Below, piece by piece: positions 1 through 10,104 of a DNA stretch of 64,000 bases. The position numbers and the translations under genes were made by a program. The stretch lies in NCBI GenBank assembly GCA_031430855.1, contig JANPCG010000012.1, positions 496 through 64,495 of the forward strand. Direction: 5' to 3'. Within the stretch, counting starts at the first letter, position 1, and the number at the start of each line of letters is the position of its first letter. The DNA comes from Candidatus Kaiserbacteria bacterium. Its GTDB lineage: Bacteria; Patescibacteriota; Minisyncoccia; Phycocordibacterales; UBA918. The notes below the pieces were generated by a model. That model was not told the origin of the DNA. It was given only the letters and a program-made list of their open reading frames with translations, and ran no database searches.

Positions 1-140
1 ACCAGGAACAACGGTTGATGACATCACTGAAAGGGGCTGTGAGTCGCGCCCGGGGTTTGTATGGACCGAAACACAAATACCAAGAGCAGGCGGAGCTACA
101 CAAACAACCTGTATCTATGCACCGTAAGTTTTATTTGAAT

Positions 141-869
141 CTAGCGATGTTTACGAACAAAGATTTCTTGAATGAGGGTCACCACATTACTCACGACAAA
201 GTAGAGCGCAATTGCAGCTGAAAAGGTATACGCAATAAATACAATCATAATCGGCATAACATATTTCATTTGGAGTTGCATATTCCGCATAAAATCATCC
301 TTGAAGTCAGCCGGTGCACCATCCACTTTCGGAGGGAGAGCTGGCATCGCAAAATACATTGAGATAAATTGGGTTATTCCCGCCAATAGAGCGAGTGGGA
401 GATTTTTACCCGTAATGTCAATTTGACCTAAAAAATTCATTGATGCGAGAGCGGGGTTGGGAATAAATGAATAGAGAATTTCAGTGTTAATTTGTGGCAA
501 AATAACACCACCACCTTTCGATACTGCTAAATAGAGCGCAATCACAAATGGTAATTGAATGAAGATAAGCAGAATACTTGCAAACGGATTCATTCCGGCC
601 TCTTTATATACCTCCATCATTGCCTTAGCTTGTTCTTCTCGCTTATCTTTAAACTCAGCTTTAATAGCTTTGAGTTTTGGCTCCAACTCCTTCATTAACT
701 TTTGGGTTTTAACTGCTTTAATGGAAAGGGGGAATAGAATAAGTTTTACGACCGCTACCGTCGCAATAATGGCAAGTCCAACATCCCCACCCGGAATAAC
801 GTCAATAAAAAATACCAGTCCGTTATAAACTGGATCAAAAAATATGGTGTGCCAAATATATGTAAACAT
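141..869 (-). CDS. yidC: YidC/Oxa1-family membrane protein insertase (short form)
   Basis: 242 aa multi-TM ORF with YidC-like core; classic synteny rpmH-rnpA-yidC beside dnaA. Confidence 0.8.
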   Translation of the reverse strand: MFTYIWHTIFFDPVYNGLVFFIDVIPGGDVGLAIIATVAVVKLILFPLSIKAVKTQKLMKELEPKLKAIKAEFKDKREEQAKAMMEVYKEAGMNPFASILLIFIQLPFVIALYLAVSKGGGVILPQINTEILYSFIPNPALASMNFLGQIDITGKNLPLALLAGITQFISMYFAMPALPPKVDGAPADFKDDFMRNMQLQMKYVMPIMIVFIAYTFSAAIALYFVVSNVVTLIQEIFVRKHR

Positions 870-880
870 GTGGGGCTATT

Positions 881-1222
881 CTACCGTGCTTTAGGGAGAT
901 AGGCGAGACAAAGGGTTTGTGCACATTCTTTGGCGAGGTCTGCTCGAGTAAGTGCCCCCGCTTGCGGCTTGGCAATGACAATACAAACCCCTTCTGCTAT
1001 AGCGTTTTCTTCTTTAAAACGGGCTACGCTCGCATAGAGACGTCGCCTTGTGCGATTTCTCTCCACCGCTGATTTAGAGACCTTTTTTCCCACCACTATA
1101 GAAATTTGAAAGGAAATGTTAGGGGTATATACCAGCGTTAGGGCAGGGGACTGGAATCGGCGCCCTCGTTTAAAAAACTCGGTGAATTTTGTGCGATTGA
1201 GACGCTCGGCTTTTTTAAACAT
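881..1222 (-). CDS. rnpA: RNase P protein component
   Basis: 113 aa basic protein (KKAERLNRTKF..RRRL) immediately downstream of rpmH, canonical position. Confidence 0.8.
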   Translation of the reverse strand: MFKKAERLNRTKFTEFFKRGRRFQSPALTLVYTPNISFQISIVVGKKVSKSAVERNRTRRRLYASVARFKEENAIAEGVCIVIAKPQAGALTRADLAKECAQTLCLAYLPKAR

Positions 1223-1292
1223 ACGTGTGCACTTTCAAAGTGATACCTATAATTTTATACCATTTCTGGGTGACTGGTGGTACAAAAAAGCC

Positions 1293-1448
1293 CCGGCGGG
1301 GGCGTTTCTGGGTTATCGTGCTTTTGAAGGCTTTACGGTTAACAAAGCTCGTCCTTTTCGTCGTCTCGCCGCAATTATCTTAGCCCCAGCTGCAGTGGCC
1401 ATTCTGACCAAAAACCCGTGGGTTGTGGCACGCTTTTGCTTACTTGGT
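1293..1448 (-). CDS. rpmH: 50S ribosomal protein L34
   Basis: Hand translation of minus strand gives [51 protein letters not shown], matching the L34 signature; absent from the ORF track because it is under 60 aa. Confidence 0.85.
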
Positions 1449-1553
1449 TGATAGGTTCTCTTACTCATATGGATTTAGAATTAGTGGTAGAACTATACAT
1501 GAAATATTTCAGTTTGCAACTAGGGGAATGTCCCCGATAGTCTGTTTAAAAAG

Positions 1554-1573
1554 TTATGCACAGCTTATACACA
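1554..1573. promoter_or_regulatory. DnaA-box pair upstream of dnaA (TTATGCACA, TTATACACA)
   Basis: Two 9-mers, each one mismatch from TTATCCACA, in the rpmH-dnaA intergenic region. Confidence 0.55.
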
Positions 1574-1657
1574 GTTGCGAATTTGGGGTGGTTGGGGAGG
1601 GGTACTTTTTGGTCGTTTTGTCCCGCGGGAGTTTACAGTTTTTGGTGTACCGGTATA

Positions 1658-3064
1658 ATGCTGTACACACATCCGCACATGCCTCCTACTACTCATCCAC
1701 ATCCGCAAAACAGCATTGTTCGCACTGAACAAATTGATGTTAAACAGTTGTGGGATAATGCGTTGGTAAAAATTGAACTTTCAATTACTCCGGCAAATTT
1801 TAAAACGTGGTTTCGCGACACACACATCATTTCTTTAGAAGACGGTACTCTAACTATTGGGGTTCCAAGTGTATTTGTGCGCGATTGGTTGGCAGATAAA
1901 TTCCAATCAATGATCTTGAAGACACTACGTGAAATTACACCGTATGTTCGGAGTATTGAGTATGCCGTCATGCAACGAAGTGATAGACGTGGGGAAGGAA
2001 CAAAAACGCAAACAATTAACGCAGCTCTACCACTTGAAGACTACTACATTAACAAGAGTGATAATCTTAATCCTAAGTATTCATTTGAAACGTTCGTGGT
2101 TGGGCCATATAACGCACTGGCTCATGCCGCCGCTAAAACCGTAGCCGAGAAACCAGGGATTGCCTATAATCCACTCTTTATCTATGGAAAAACTGGTCAT
2201 GGTAAAACTCACCTCATTCAAGCTGTTGGTAACCAAATTAAAAAGTCGGGTAAAAAAGTATTTTATGTCACCAGTGAGCGGTTTGCCGTTGATTACTTTA
2301 ACTCCCTCCAGAGTGGTACCGCAAACAGTTTTAAGGATAAATACCGTCAGTACGATGTCCTTATTATGGACGACGTGCAATTCTTGGCAACAAAAGAAAA
2401 AACGCAAGAAGAATTATTTCATCTTTTTAATGCACTTCATGATACCAATAAACAAATTGTGTTCTCGAGTGATATGCACCCAGCACTCCTTGCTGGTTTA
2501 GAAGATCGTCTCCGTTCACGATTTGGGCAGGGGATGATTGTTGATATTCCAGCCCCAGATAGCGAATCACGTGCCGCAATCCTACGTGCCAAAGCGGCTC
2601 AGAATAGTATCTCTCTCCATGATGACGTCGTAGAGCACCTCGCCCACACCATTGAAGGAAATATCCGTGAACTTGAAGGTGCCCTCAATACCATAATGTG
2701 TCAGTCACAACTATTAGGGAGGACACTCACTATCGATGAAGTAAAAGCTATTATTAAAAATAGTAGCCGCCCACGTAAAACTCTTGCTGTTTCTGATGTA
2801 GTTGATAAAGTTGCCCGCTTCTTTGATATCGACCAAGCGAGTATTTATGAAAAAACCAGGCGTAAAGAGGTGGTTAAACCACGACAAATTATCATGTATA
2901 TCCTACGGGAGGATTTCCAGGTTTCTTACCCTGCGATAGGGAAGAAATTAGGTGGTCGCGACCACACAACGGTCATTCACTCGTGTGAGAAGATTAAACG
3001 AGACCTTAAAGTAGATTCAGAACTTGAAGAAGAAATCACTCAAGTTCGACTCCTCCTTAAATAA
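1658..3064 (+). CDS. dnaA: Chromosomal replication initiator DnaA
   Basis: N-terminal QLWDNALVKIELSITPANFKTWF; AAA+ Walker A GKTGHGKTHL; C-terminal DNA-binding domain. Start is at ATG 1658 or 1679, and the track start 1556 lies inside the DnaA boxes. Confidence 0.9.
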   Translation: MLYTHPHMPPTTHPHPQNSIVRTEQIDVKQLWDNALVKIELSITPANFKTWFRDTHIISLEDGTLTIGVPSVFVRDWLADKFQSMILKTLREITPYVRSIEYAVMQRSDRRGEGTKTQTINAALPLEDYYINKSDNLNPKYSFETFVVGPYNALAHAAAKTVAEKPGIAYNPLFIYGKTGHGKTHLIQAVGNQIKKSGKKVFYVTSERFAVDYFNSLQSGTANSFKDKYRQYDVLIMDDVQFLATKEKTQEELFHLFNALHDTNKQIVFSSDMHPALLAGLEDRLRSRFGQGMIVDIPAPDSESRAAILRAKAAQNSISLHDDVVEHLAHTIEGNIRELEGALNTIMCQSQLLGRTLTIDEVKAIIKNSSRPRKTLAVSDVVDKVARFFDIDQASIYEKTRRKEVVKPRQIIMYILREDFQVSYPAIGKKLGGRDHTTVIHSCEKIKRDLKVDSELEEEITQVRLLLK

Positions 3065-3097
3065 AAAACATTGGTCCTCGGGACCAATGTTTTTTAT
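3064..3097 (+). terminator. Rho-independent terminator after dnaA
   Basis: Hairpin aaaaaacattggtcc-tcg-ggaccaatgtttttt followed by a T-run. Confidence 0.7.
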
Positions 3098-3189
3098 TTC
3101 TACACCCCATTGGTATAGCGTGGGGAAAAACAATGATAAAGCTGTTTATTTAGCCCTGAATAACCGCACAATCTTATCTCCAAGTGACC

Positions 3190-3390
3190 TTAAAACTGTG
3201 TATAAAAAGAGTTTTAATCCACAGCCCTTAAGACGAAGAGTAGTTATCCCTCTCCTTGTAAACACTATCCCCAAAGAAATACACAAGTATTGCGAAATAA
3301 TCAATGCTACAGTAGCGTTATAAATACAACATATATTTGCTTTATGCACACTTCCACACCCCTAATAAAGAAGAGTAAAATAATAAAAAA
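3190..3390. promoter_or_regulatory. Candidate oriC/DNA-unwinding region between dnaA and dnaN
   Basis: DnaA boxes TGTGTATAA (3197-3205, reverse) and TTATGCACA (3342-3350) plus a very AT-rich stretch at 3300-3390. Confidence 0.5.
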
Positions 3391-4485
3391 ATGAAAATAA
3401 CTATCAACCAACAAAAACTTATACACACACTAGAACTGATCACGAGAGTGAGTATCAAACATGTCACCTTACCGGTCTTGCAGTGTGTACTTATTACAGT
3501 GAAAGATTCACAAGTTACCTTTAAAGCCACTAATCTTGAAATCAGTATTGAAGTAACGAATGAAGCCCAAATAGAAACTGACGGAATTGTTGCGGTTTCT
3601 GCCACTACCCTACTTCAAGCAATTCAATACATCACAAAAAAAGATGTTGTATTATCAGTTGTTGATGGCGTATTAAGTGTTGATAGTGGAAGTGGAAAAA
3701 CGACTATTAATACTATGCCGTATGATGAGTTTCCATCTATAACAAAACTTACTACCCCAGGGGCGACGATTCAAAAACAATTTTTCTCCCTCGGTATCAA
3801 AACAGTTGGGTTTGCTGCGTCGCAGTCATCAATTAAACCAGAACTTGGAAGTATTTTTATCCAACAAAAAAGAGAACACTCTCTCACCTTTGTGGCAACA
3901 GATAGTTTTCGCCTAATGGAAAAGACAGTCCCGCAAAAAAACTTTGTTCTTGATCAAACATTACTTATTCCGCAAAAGAACGCAGTGGAGCTCGCTCGAA
4001 TTTGTGATTTACTTGAAAGTGACCCTGTACTCATAATTACTGAAAACCAATGTGCTCTCGCTTTTTCAGAAGGGGTCTATATAACGTCACGACTCATCTC
4101 AGGTTCATTTCCTGACTATGAGCAGATAATTCCTAAAGAGTACAGTACACACACCACTGTGCTCAAAAATGACCTTCTCCAGGCCTTTAAAAAGACTCAG
4201 GTGTTTCTTAATAAGTTTATGCAAGTAACGATGAATGTTTCAGTTGCTACCTTAGTCGTTTCTTCTCAAAATGGAGAAGTGGGCACCACAACTGATACTG
4301 TATCTGTCCAAACGAATGGAAATGATTTATTGCTTAACTTTAACCAACAGTATTTAATTGATCCACTTTCACACATCAGTGACGAAAGTATTATCTTGCA
4401 TTTTGCGGGGATTGGTCGACCACTCGTGATTCAAGGAGTATCTGATACAACGTTACGCTATTTAGTGATGCCAATGAATAAATAA
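3391..4485 (+). CDS. dnaN: DNA polymerase III beta sliding clamp
   Basis: 364 aa; MKITINQQKL start; three-domain clamp length; directly after dnaA. Confidence 0.9.
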   Translation: MKITINQQKLIHTLELITRVSIKHVTLPVLQCVLITVKDSQVTFKATNLEISIEVTNEAQIETDGIVAVSATTLLQAIQYITKKDVVLSVVDGVLSVDSGSGKTTINTMPYDEFPSITKLTTPGATIQKQFFSLGIKTVGFAASQSSIKPELGSIFIQQKREHSLTFVATDSFRLMEKTVPQKNFVLDQTLLIPQKNAVELARICDLLESDPVLIITENQCALAFSEGVYITSRLISGSFPDYEQIIPKEYSTHTTVLKNDLLQAFKKTQVFLNKFMQVTMNVSVATLVVSSQNGEVGTTTDTVSVQTNGNDLLLNFNQQYLIDPLSHISDESIILHFAGIGRPLVIQGVSDTTLRYLVMPMNK

Positions 4486-4587
4486 AATAAAACAACGACC
4501 GCTAGGTTGTATGTTTTATTTTATTCCCGATTTTCTATTCCTAATGAAAATCGCTGGAACGATAAATCTTAAATAGAGATAACCCGT

Positions 4588-4905
4588 ATGTATAAAAATA
4601 CACCCCCACACCCTAAAAAATCTCGACGGGGAGAAATTACAAAAATTTCGGACCTGTTTGAAAAATATAAAGTTACTTTACGGGCTCCACAGGGTGTTGT
4701 AGTAAAAGAGGTGATCGAAGTCATTACAGACTTAACAGGAATTACTCTACAATCGAAATATATCAAGTATGCCGTCTCTACAAAAACAATTTCTATTACT
4801 GCTCCGAGTATTGTGAAGCAGGAAATTACGTTACACCAAACAGAAATACTTTTGCATCTAAAAGCCCGACTCGGAGAAAAAAGTGTCCCAAAGATTATTT
4901 TTTAA
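4588..4905 (+). CDS. DUF721/DciA-like small protein
   Basis: 105 aa; C-terminal pattern ISITAPSIVKQEITLHQTEILLHLKARLGEKSVPKIIF resembles the DUF721 consensus; position after dnaN as in many bacteria. Confidence 0.4.
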   Translation: MYKNTPPHPKKSRRGEITKISDLFEKYKVTLRAPQGVVVKEVIEVITDLTGITLQSKYIKYAVSTKTISITAPSIVKQEITLHQTEILLHLKARLGEKSVPKIIF

Positions 4906-4938
4906 AAAACCCGCACACTTACTGTAAGGGTTTTTTAA

Positions 4939-7221
4939 TTAGTTTCGTGATCGGCGCGATCGTGGGGCGTCTTCTACTACTTCTTCCACCACCTCTTCTG
5001 GTGTCGTAGTGGCGTTGATGATACTTCCATAGGTCTCATTTTTCCATTTCTGAACGGCGTATTCCCAGTTTACATACGCATCGTCCGTTGCTGGATTAGA
5101 AGGGTTCGGTCCGCGTGGATTATTACGATTTACAAAGTGGAGGATATTATGAATGTTATTAATTACTCCTGAAAGATTCGGAACGCTGGAGCTTGCTTGG
5201 GCTTCTGCGAGGATCATGGTGGTATCAATGTAATCACCGCGAATGATTGGCTTTACGCCACTGAGGTCAATTTGTGGTTGGGCAAAACGTTCGTCAGGGA
5301 TTTTTGTGAGCGCAAAATCAAAGAACTCCCGCCACATTGGTGTCACAATAAGACCAGAGAGACCGCCTCCCATTGGTCTATTATCGTTATTTCCTACCCA
5401 CGTTCCGACCGCTAAATTTGGGGTGTATCCCATGAGCCACGCATCACGTAAGTTGTTTGTACTACCCGTTTTTGAGGCGACATCCCGTTCAGTGAAGTTA
5501 ACGAGTGAATTAGCTCCCCATAACGGAGTTCGAGCTACGTTATCAGTAAGAACGTCACTAATCATCAGGGTGGTATTTCGATCAAGAACTTGTTTTGTAA
5601 CGACCGTATTTTCAAATACAACCGCGCCGCTTGGGTCTTCTACCCGGAGGATACTCCTTGGTTCAGCGCGCAATCCTTCATTAGCAAATACACCGTACGC
5701 GTGGGTCATATCAAGGAGTCGAACCTCACCTCCGCCAAGGACAAGAGTAAGACCATATCGTTCAGGGTCATTTAGGGTAGTTAGTCCCATATCAGCGGCT
5801 AACTTGAGGGCATTTTTAGGCCCAGCGAGATAGAGTGTTTTAACTGCGGGAATATTAAGAGATTGGGCCATAGCGTTACGCATACTCACCGGACCAAGAA
5901 ACTTACCATTGTAGTTATTTGGTGAGTAACATGGTGACTCTGAACTGGTACTATCAGGAGGACAGAGCGGTGAGAACTGTGTTTTAACGTCAAAAACAAT
6001 GGTATTTGGGAGAAATCCCTTGGCGAATGCTGCGGCATAGATAAATGGCTTAATAGAAGAGCCTGGTTGTCGTTCAGCGAGTGCAATATTGAAGTTTCCG
6101 TCAATGTCTTCACTAAAGTAATCCTTTGAACCCACCATCACCAGCACGTCGCCGTTTTTAGGGTCAGTCGCCACCATTCCAGCATTATCCGCTTTAAAAC
6201 GTGTCACGTTAATTTCGGCGTGTTTCTTTACAATTCTCTCTGCCTCTTCCTGAAACTCATAGTTGAGGGTGGTAATAACCCTAAGACCGCGTTCAGCAAG
6301 GGCCTCTTCGCCAAATTGTTTAACCAGCTGTTCCCGAACAAACATAACAAAGTGAGGAGCCCGAATCCCAGAAATTGCTTGCGGGAGAAAGGTGACTTCA
6401 GAATCTTTAGCCTCATTATATTCGTCAGCAGTAATGAGTCCATTTTCTAACATTCGATTAAGTACGGTGTTTTTGCGAGCATCAAGATCTTCTCGATTAT
6501 TACCATACGGAGAGAGGTAGGTAGGTGCTTGGGGGAGGGCGGCAATATACGCCGCTTCTGCCAAAGTTACATCTGCTGAAGACTTACCAAAAAAAGCTTG
6601 CGAGGCCTCCTCAACTCCGTAAATCGTCCCCCCATACGGTGATTCATTAAGATAGATAGCGAGAATTTCATCTTTTGATAAGACACGTTCGAGTTTAACA
6701 GAAAGAATAGCCTCTTTAATTTTTCTGGTTAATTTTTTCTCGCGTTGTAAAACAGAATTTTTGATTACCTGTTGGGTAAGTGTCGAACCACCCTGTCCAC
6801 CAAGGAGGTTACCATCAGTAATGTTAACGTAGGCGGCACGCATAATTCCCCGAATATCAACCCCGGGGTGACTATAAAATCGCTCATCCTCAATCGCGAC
6901 CGTCGCGTTCTTTAAATAACGAGAAATTTTTTCGAAAGGAACAATCGTTCGCTTTACATCCTGATGGAGATCGTAGAGGAGGACTTCACCTGTGCGATCA
7001 TAGATTTTAGTTGACTGAAGGATTCTACGGTCTTCAAAAGAAGATAAATCAGGGATTTCCATAGTGGAAATCCAGATGAGGAGGGCGCTTATCCCAACCA
7101 CAAGCACAACAAAAAATACAATAATCGTATCGAGAATAAGTCCTTTATAGTGTTTCTTCCACCACTCTCGTGTAATAAATTTTTTCAACATAAACATACG
7201 TATATGGCCCAATAGTAGCAT
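4939..7221 (-). CDS. mrcA: Class A penicillin-binding protein (transglycosylase/transpeptidase)
   Basis: 760 aa; N-terminal TM; GT51 motifs (EDERFYSHPGVD, QGGSTLTQQ); transpeptidase domain. Confidence 0.85.
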   Translation of the reverse strand: MLLLGHIRMFMLKKFITREWWKKHYKGLILDTIIVFFVVLVVGISALLIWISTMEIPDLSSFEDRRILQSTKIYDRTGEVLLYDLHQDVKRTIVPFEKISRYLKNATVAIEDERFYSHPGVDIRGIMRAAYVNITDGNLLGGQGGSTLTQQVIKNSVLQREKKLTRKIKEAILSVKLERVLSKDEILAIYLNESPYGGTIYGVEEASQAFFGKSSADVTLAEAAYIAALPQAPTYLSPYGNNREDLDARKNTVLNRMLENGLITADEYNEAKDSEVTFLPQAISGIRAPHFVMFVREQLVKQFGEEALAERGLRVITTLNYEFQEEAERIVKKHAEINVTRFKADNAGMVATDPKNGDVLVMVGSKDYFSEDIDGNFNIALAERQPGSSIKPFIYAAAFAKGFLPNTIVFDVKTQFSPLCPPDSTSSESPCYSPNNYNGKFLGPVSMRNAMAQSLNIPAVKTLYLAGPKNALKLAADMGLTTLNDPERYGLTLVLGGGEVRLLDMTHAYGVFANEGLRAEPRSILRVEDPSGAVVFENTVVTKQVLDRNTTLMISDVLTDNVARTPLWGANSLVNFTERDVASKTGSTNNLRDAWLMGYTPNLAVGTWVGNNDNRPMGGGLSGLIVTPMWREFFDFALTKIPDERFAQPQIDLSGVKPIIRGDYIDTTMILAEAQASSSVPNLSGVINNIHNILHFVNRNNPRGPNPSNPATDDAYVNWEYAVQKWKNETYGSIINATTTPEEVVEEVVEDAPRSRRSRN

Positions 7222-7382
7222 AATTTATACTCGTTACCGCATAGTAAAAGTAGTGTACCCTACCGGTTAAAACAACCCACACTCATCTCAGGTCGAGAAA
7301 CGTTTTATATAATGAATAGTAATGACGTCAATTTTTAATTCATTTCATTTTATTACGTACGGAAGTTGGTATTTATTCCATC

Positions 7383-7414
7383 AAAAAAGCGATACCATGA
7401 GGTATCGCTTTTTT
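7383..7414. terminator. Bidirectional rho-independent terminator
   Basis: aaaaaagcgatacc-atga-ggtatcgctttttt, with A-run and T-run on either side. Confidence 0.7.
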
Positions 7415-7430
7415 GATAGTTGGATTACTG

Positions 7431-7708
7431 TTACAGTTCGTCGATGTCGTCAAACGCATCGAATTCAACATCTTCAGCGTCGTCCTCGAGCTCTGCATCT
7501 TCATCTTCATTTTCCTCCTTCTCCTCTTCGTCATCATCATCTTCTTTAATTGGAAGAATTCCAAACCCTTCTAATGCTTCATCTTCTTCTTCAACCTCTA
7601 CTCCTGCCACCTCATCAAGTAAATCATCAGCCAAAGTCGCGTCGTCATCACTAAGTTCTTCTGGTTCTTCTATCTCATCATCATTGTGGCTAACAAAATT
7701 ATTGATCA
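7431..7708 (-). CDS. Highly acidic small protein (about 60% Asp/Glu), function unknown
   Basis: 92 aa from ATG 7708: MINNFVSHNDDEIEEPEEL...DAFDDIDEL; the longer track ORF from 7823 has an implausible N-terminus; terminator follows. Confidence 0.5.
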
Positions 7709-7924
7709 TACAAATTATTTTTATGTACAAGTTGTAGCAAAGGCGCTCATTTTTTGCAACCCTAATAACGTGACTTGTAAAATTTAGCCAGAAGATAGCG
7801 AGTCTGTACAATACCTCAGGCACGTAAATCTGACGTAGTTCTAGGTGCCGAGATAAAATGAGACGAAAATGTACATCTGTACGTTGAGTTTATTTTTTCT
7901 TGTTAACAACGAAATGCGTTAGAT

Positions 7925-8407
7925 TTACGTGCCTGAGCGACCATATTGGGCAAGGCAGGTTATACCAACTGCAATAGCATCATATTCGTCATCAAGAGCA
8001 TGGGTGGGTACGTTTGGAACTAAACGAGTAACCATCGCAAATACAGCCGCCTTATCACTACCTCCATGACCCGTTACGGCCACCTTTATTTCTTGTGGGC
8101 CAAACTCATAGACAACACAGCCCGCTTTTTTTGCCAGGTAGATAATGATACCTCGGGCTTGTGCGACACCAATTGCGGTTTTAATATTTTTATTAAAAAA
8201 TAACGTTTCGATACCAACGGTATCAGGTTCGTGCTGAGCAATCAGTACTTCCACCTCCTTCCCCATACTATGGAGACGATCAGGGAGGGTTTGTTTCTTG
8301 TCCGTTAAAACACACTCAGAATGAAGGAGGTGTTCTCGTCCATCGCGGTATTCCATTATCGCGACTCCAAGGCGGTCGTATCCAGGATCTATTGCGAGTA
8401 CTTTCAT
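7925..8407 (-). CDS. ruvC: Holliday junction resolvase RuvC
   Basis: 160 aa; MKVLAIDPGYDRLGVAI start and RuvC fold. Confidence 0.85.
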   Translation of the reverse strand: MKVLAIDPGYDRLGVAIMEYRDGREHLLHSECVLTDKKQTLPDRLHSMGKEVEVLIAQHEPDTVGIETLFFNKNIKTAIGVAQARGIIIYLAKKAGCVVYEFGPQEIKVAVTGHGGSDKAAVFAMVTRLVPNVPTHALDDEYDAIAVGITCLAQYGRSGT

Positions 8408-8448
8408 AATTATCCTCAGTGTATCACTGAATGAAAACGAATGAGTAA

Positions 8449-8997
8449 TTACCCAGTTTCTTCGAGTGTGTCTGCGGTTGTATAAACCTCCTGCACGTCA
8501 TCCTGGTCTTCGAGAGCTTCAATGAGGTTGGCTAATTTCTCACCATCTTCATCGCTCAGGTCAACAGAATTTTGTGGGACATACCCATCATTGGTTTTAG
8601 TGAACGCCCAGCTGGCACTGCCTGGTCCGCCAAGAGCCAGTCCGGCTTTGGTAAAGATGTTGCGGATTAGAGGGGCGGTACGATTGTTATTGTCGGTTAC
8701 GGCCAGAATTAAAATAGCTGTGCCGCCTGGGCCAAACGCCTCAAACATCACTTCAGTTAATGCGACTCCACTACCGCCAGCACCTTTAGCAATGGCTCGA
8801 TCAATATTTTCTTTTGGCATAGAATCTTTTTTAGCTCGTTCTATTACCGCAGCAAGACCGGGAGAGGTGATATTACCATTTGCTTTTCTTGATTCCATTG
8901 CTATCAACGTTGAATGTTTTGAAAAAATTTTACTGCGCACACCATCAGTGGCTGCTTTTTTGTGTTTAATCTTTGACCATTTATTATGTCCACTCAT
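8449..8997 (-). CDS. yebC: YebC/PmpR-family transcriptional regulator
   Basis: MSGHNKWSKIKHKKAA N-terminus typical of YebC; 182 aa, shorter than usual. Confidence 0.75.
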   Translation of the reverse strand: MSGHNKWSKIKHKKAATDGVRSKIFSKHSTLIAMESRKANGNITSPGLAAVIERAKKDSMPKENIDRAIAKGAGGSGVALTEVMFEAFGPGGTAILILAVTDNNNRTAPLIRNIFTKAGLALGGPGSASWAFTKTNDGYVPQNSVDLSDEDGEKLANLIEALEDQDDVQEVYTTADTLEETG

Positions 8998-9006
8998 AAC
9001 GTACTA

Positions 9007-9999
9007 TTATTTATTTTCTAAATGACTATAGGCAAGAGCACTTACAATTCGACCGCGTGGTGTTCGTTCAAGGAGTCCTTGGCGAATGAGGTATGGTTCA
9101 ATTACATCTTCAATGGTTGATTGTTCTTCTCCGGTCGCAGCGGCAATGGTGTTAAGGCCAACCGGGCCGCCACTGAACTTATGCATAATTGCTTCGAGTA
9201 CGGCTCGATCAGGAGCTCCGAGACCAAGCGTATCAATTTCAAGGAGAGTAAAGGTTCGATCGACAATGGTGGCATTTAGCTCTCCTTTTTCTAGCTGGGC
9301 TAGATCTCGGCAGCGCTTTAAGAGGTAGTTAGCCGTTCGGGGTGTTGCCCTGCAGCGGGTAGCAATATTCTGCATTACTGCGGGGGTGGCCTGCACCTTC
9401 AAGAGGGCGGCTGAACGCGTGAGAATCTCAGCGATTTCTGTGTCAGTATAAAATTCAAGCCTGAAGGTCCCCCCAGAGAAGCGACTCCGCAAAGGAGCTG
9501 ACAGGAGTGAAATCCGCGTCGTCGCAGCCACGAGAGTGAAGGGGGGGAGTTCAAGCTGTACGGTTCGAGCAGACGGTCCCTTCCCAATGATGATATCAAG
9601 TACGCCTGACTCCATGGCGGGGTAGAGCACCTCTTCTATGCTTTTTGAGAGGCGATGAATCTCATCGATAAAAAGAACATCCCCTGGAGAAAGATTGGTT
9701 AATATCGCTGCCAAATCCCCAACCCGTTCAATGGCTGGTCCTGAGGTCGTGCGCATATTGGTACCTAACGTCTTTGAGATCAGATGAGCGAGGGTGGTTT
9801 TACCCAATCCCGGTGGACCATAAAGGAGGATGTGTTCCGCAGCATGGCTCCGTTCTCGAGCGGCAGTAAGAAGAATACGGAGATTTTCTTTAATTTTACT
9901 TTGACCAACGTATTCCTCCCAGCTTTGCGGTCGCAGGGTTTGATCCAGGTGACCGGCATCATCGCGGGTAATTTTTGAACTTGAGAGCGGGGTCGTCAT
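9007..9999 (-). CDS. ruvB: Holliday junction branch-migration ATPase RuvB
   Basis: 330 aa; Walker A GPPGLGKTT; RuvB N and C domains. Confidence 0.9.
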   Translation of the reverse strand: MTTPLSSSKITRDDAGHLDQTLRPQSWEEYVGQSKIKENLRILLTAARERSHAAEHILLYGPPGLGKTTLAHLISKTLGTNMRTTSGPAIERVGDLAAILTNLSPGDVLFIDEIHRLSKSIEEVLYPAMESGVLDIIIGKGPSARTVQLELPPFTLVAATTRISLLSAPLRSRFSGGTFRLEFYTDTEIAEILTRSAALLKVQATPAVMQNIATRCRATPRTANYLLKRCRDLAQLEKGELNATIVDRTFTLLEIDTLGLGAPDRAVLEAIMHKFSGGPVGLNTIAAATGEEQSTIEDVIEPYLIRQGLLERTPRGRIVSALAYSHLENK

Positions 10000-10075
10000 A
10001 GTAGCGTTAGTATAGCAATCTGAGGTTTATTTTGCACATCAGAGTACGTACTCAGAAAGGAAGAAGAAGGAGAGG

Positions 10076-10104
10076 TCTTGACAATTACAATAGACTATGC
10101 TAAT
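10076..10104 (+). promoter_or_regulatory. Sigma70-like promoter (TTGACA-17-TAATAT)
   Basis: cTTGACAattacaatagactatgcTAATATaac; near-consensus -35 and -10 with 17-nt spacing. Confidence 0.5.

Noticed and set aside
1116-1728. Track ORFs 1116-1451 (+) and 1423-1728 (+)
   Set aside because: They overlap rpmH (antisense) and the DnaA-box region; no protein-like features.
3024-3323. 99-aa ORF overlapping the dnaA end and the origin spacer
   Set aside because: Lies in the terminator and DnaA-box/AT-rich region; more plausibly non-coding oriC.
5243-5833. 196-aa ORF on the + strand
   Set aside because: Antisense to the well-supported PBP1A gene.
7420-7737. Ser-rich 105-aa ORF on the + strand
   Set aside because: Mirror-image low-complexity reading of the acidic-protein gene (GA-rich DNA); the terminator orientation and a coherent acidic protein favour the minus strand.
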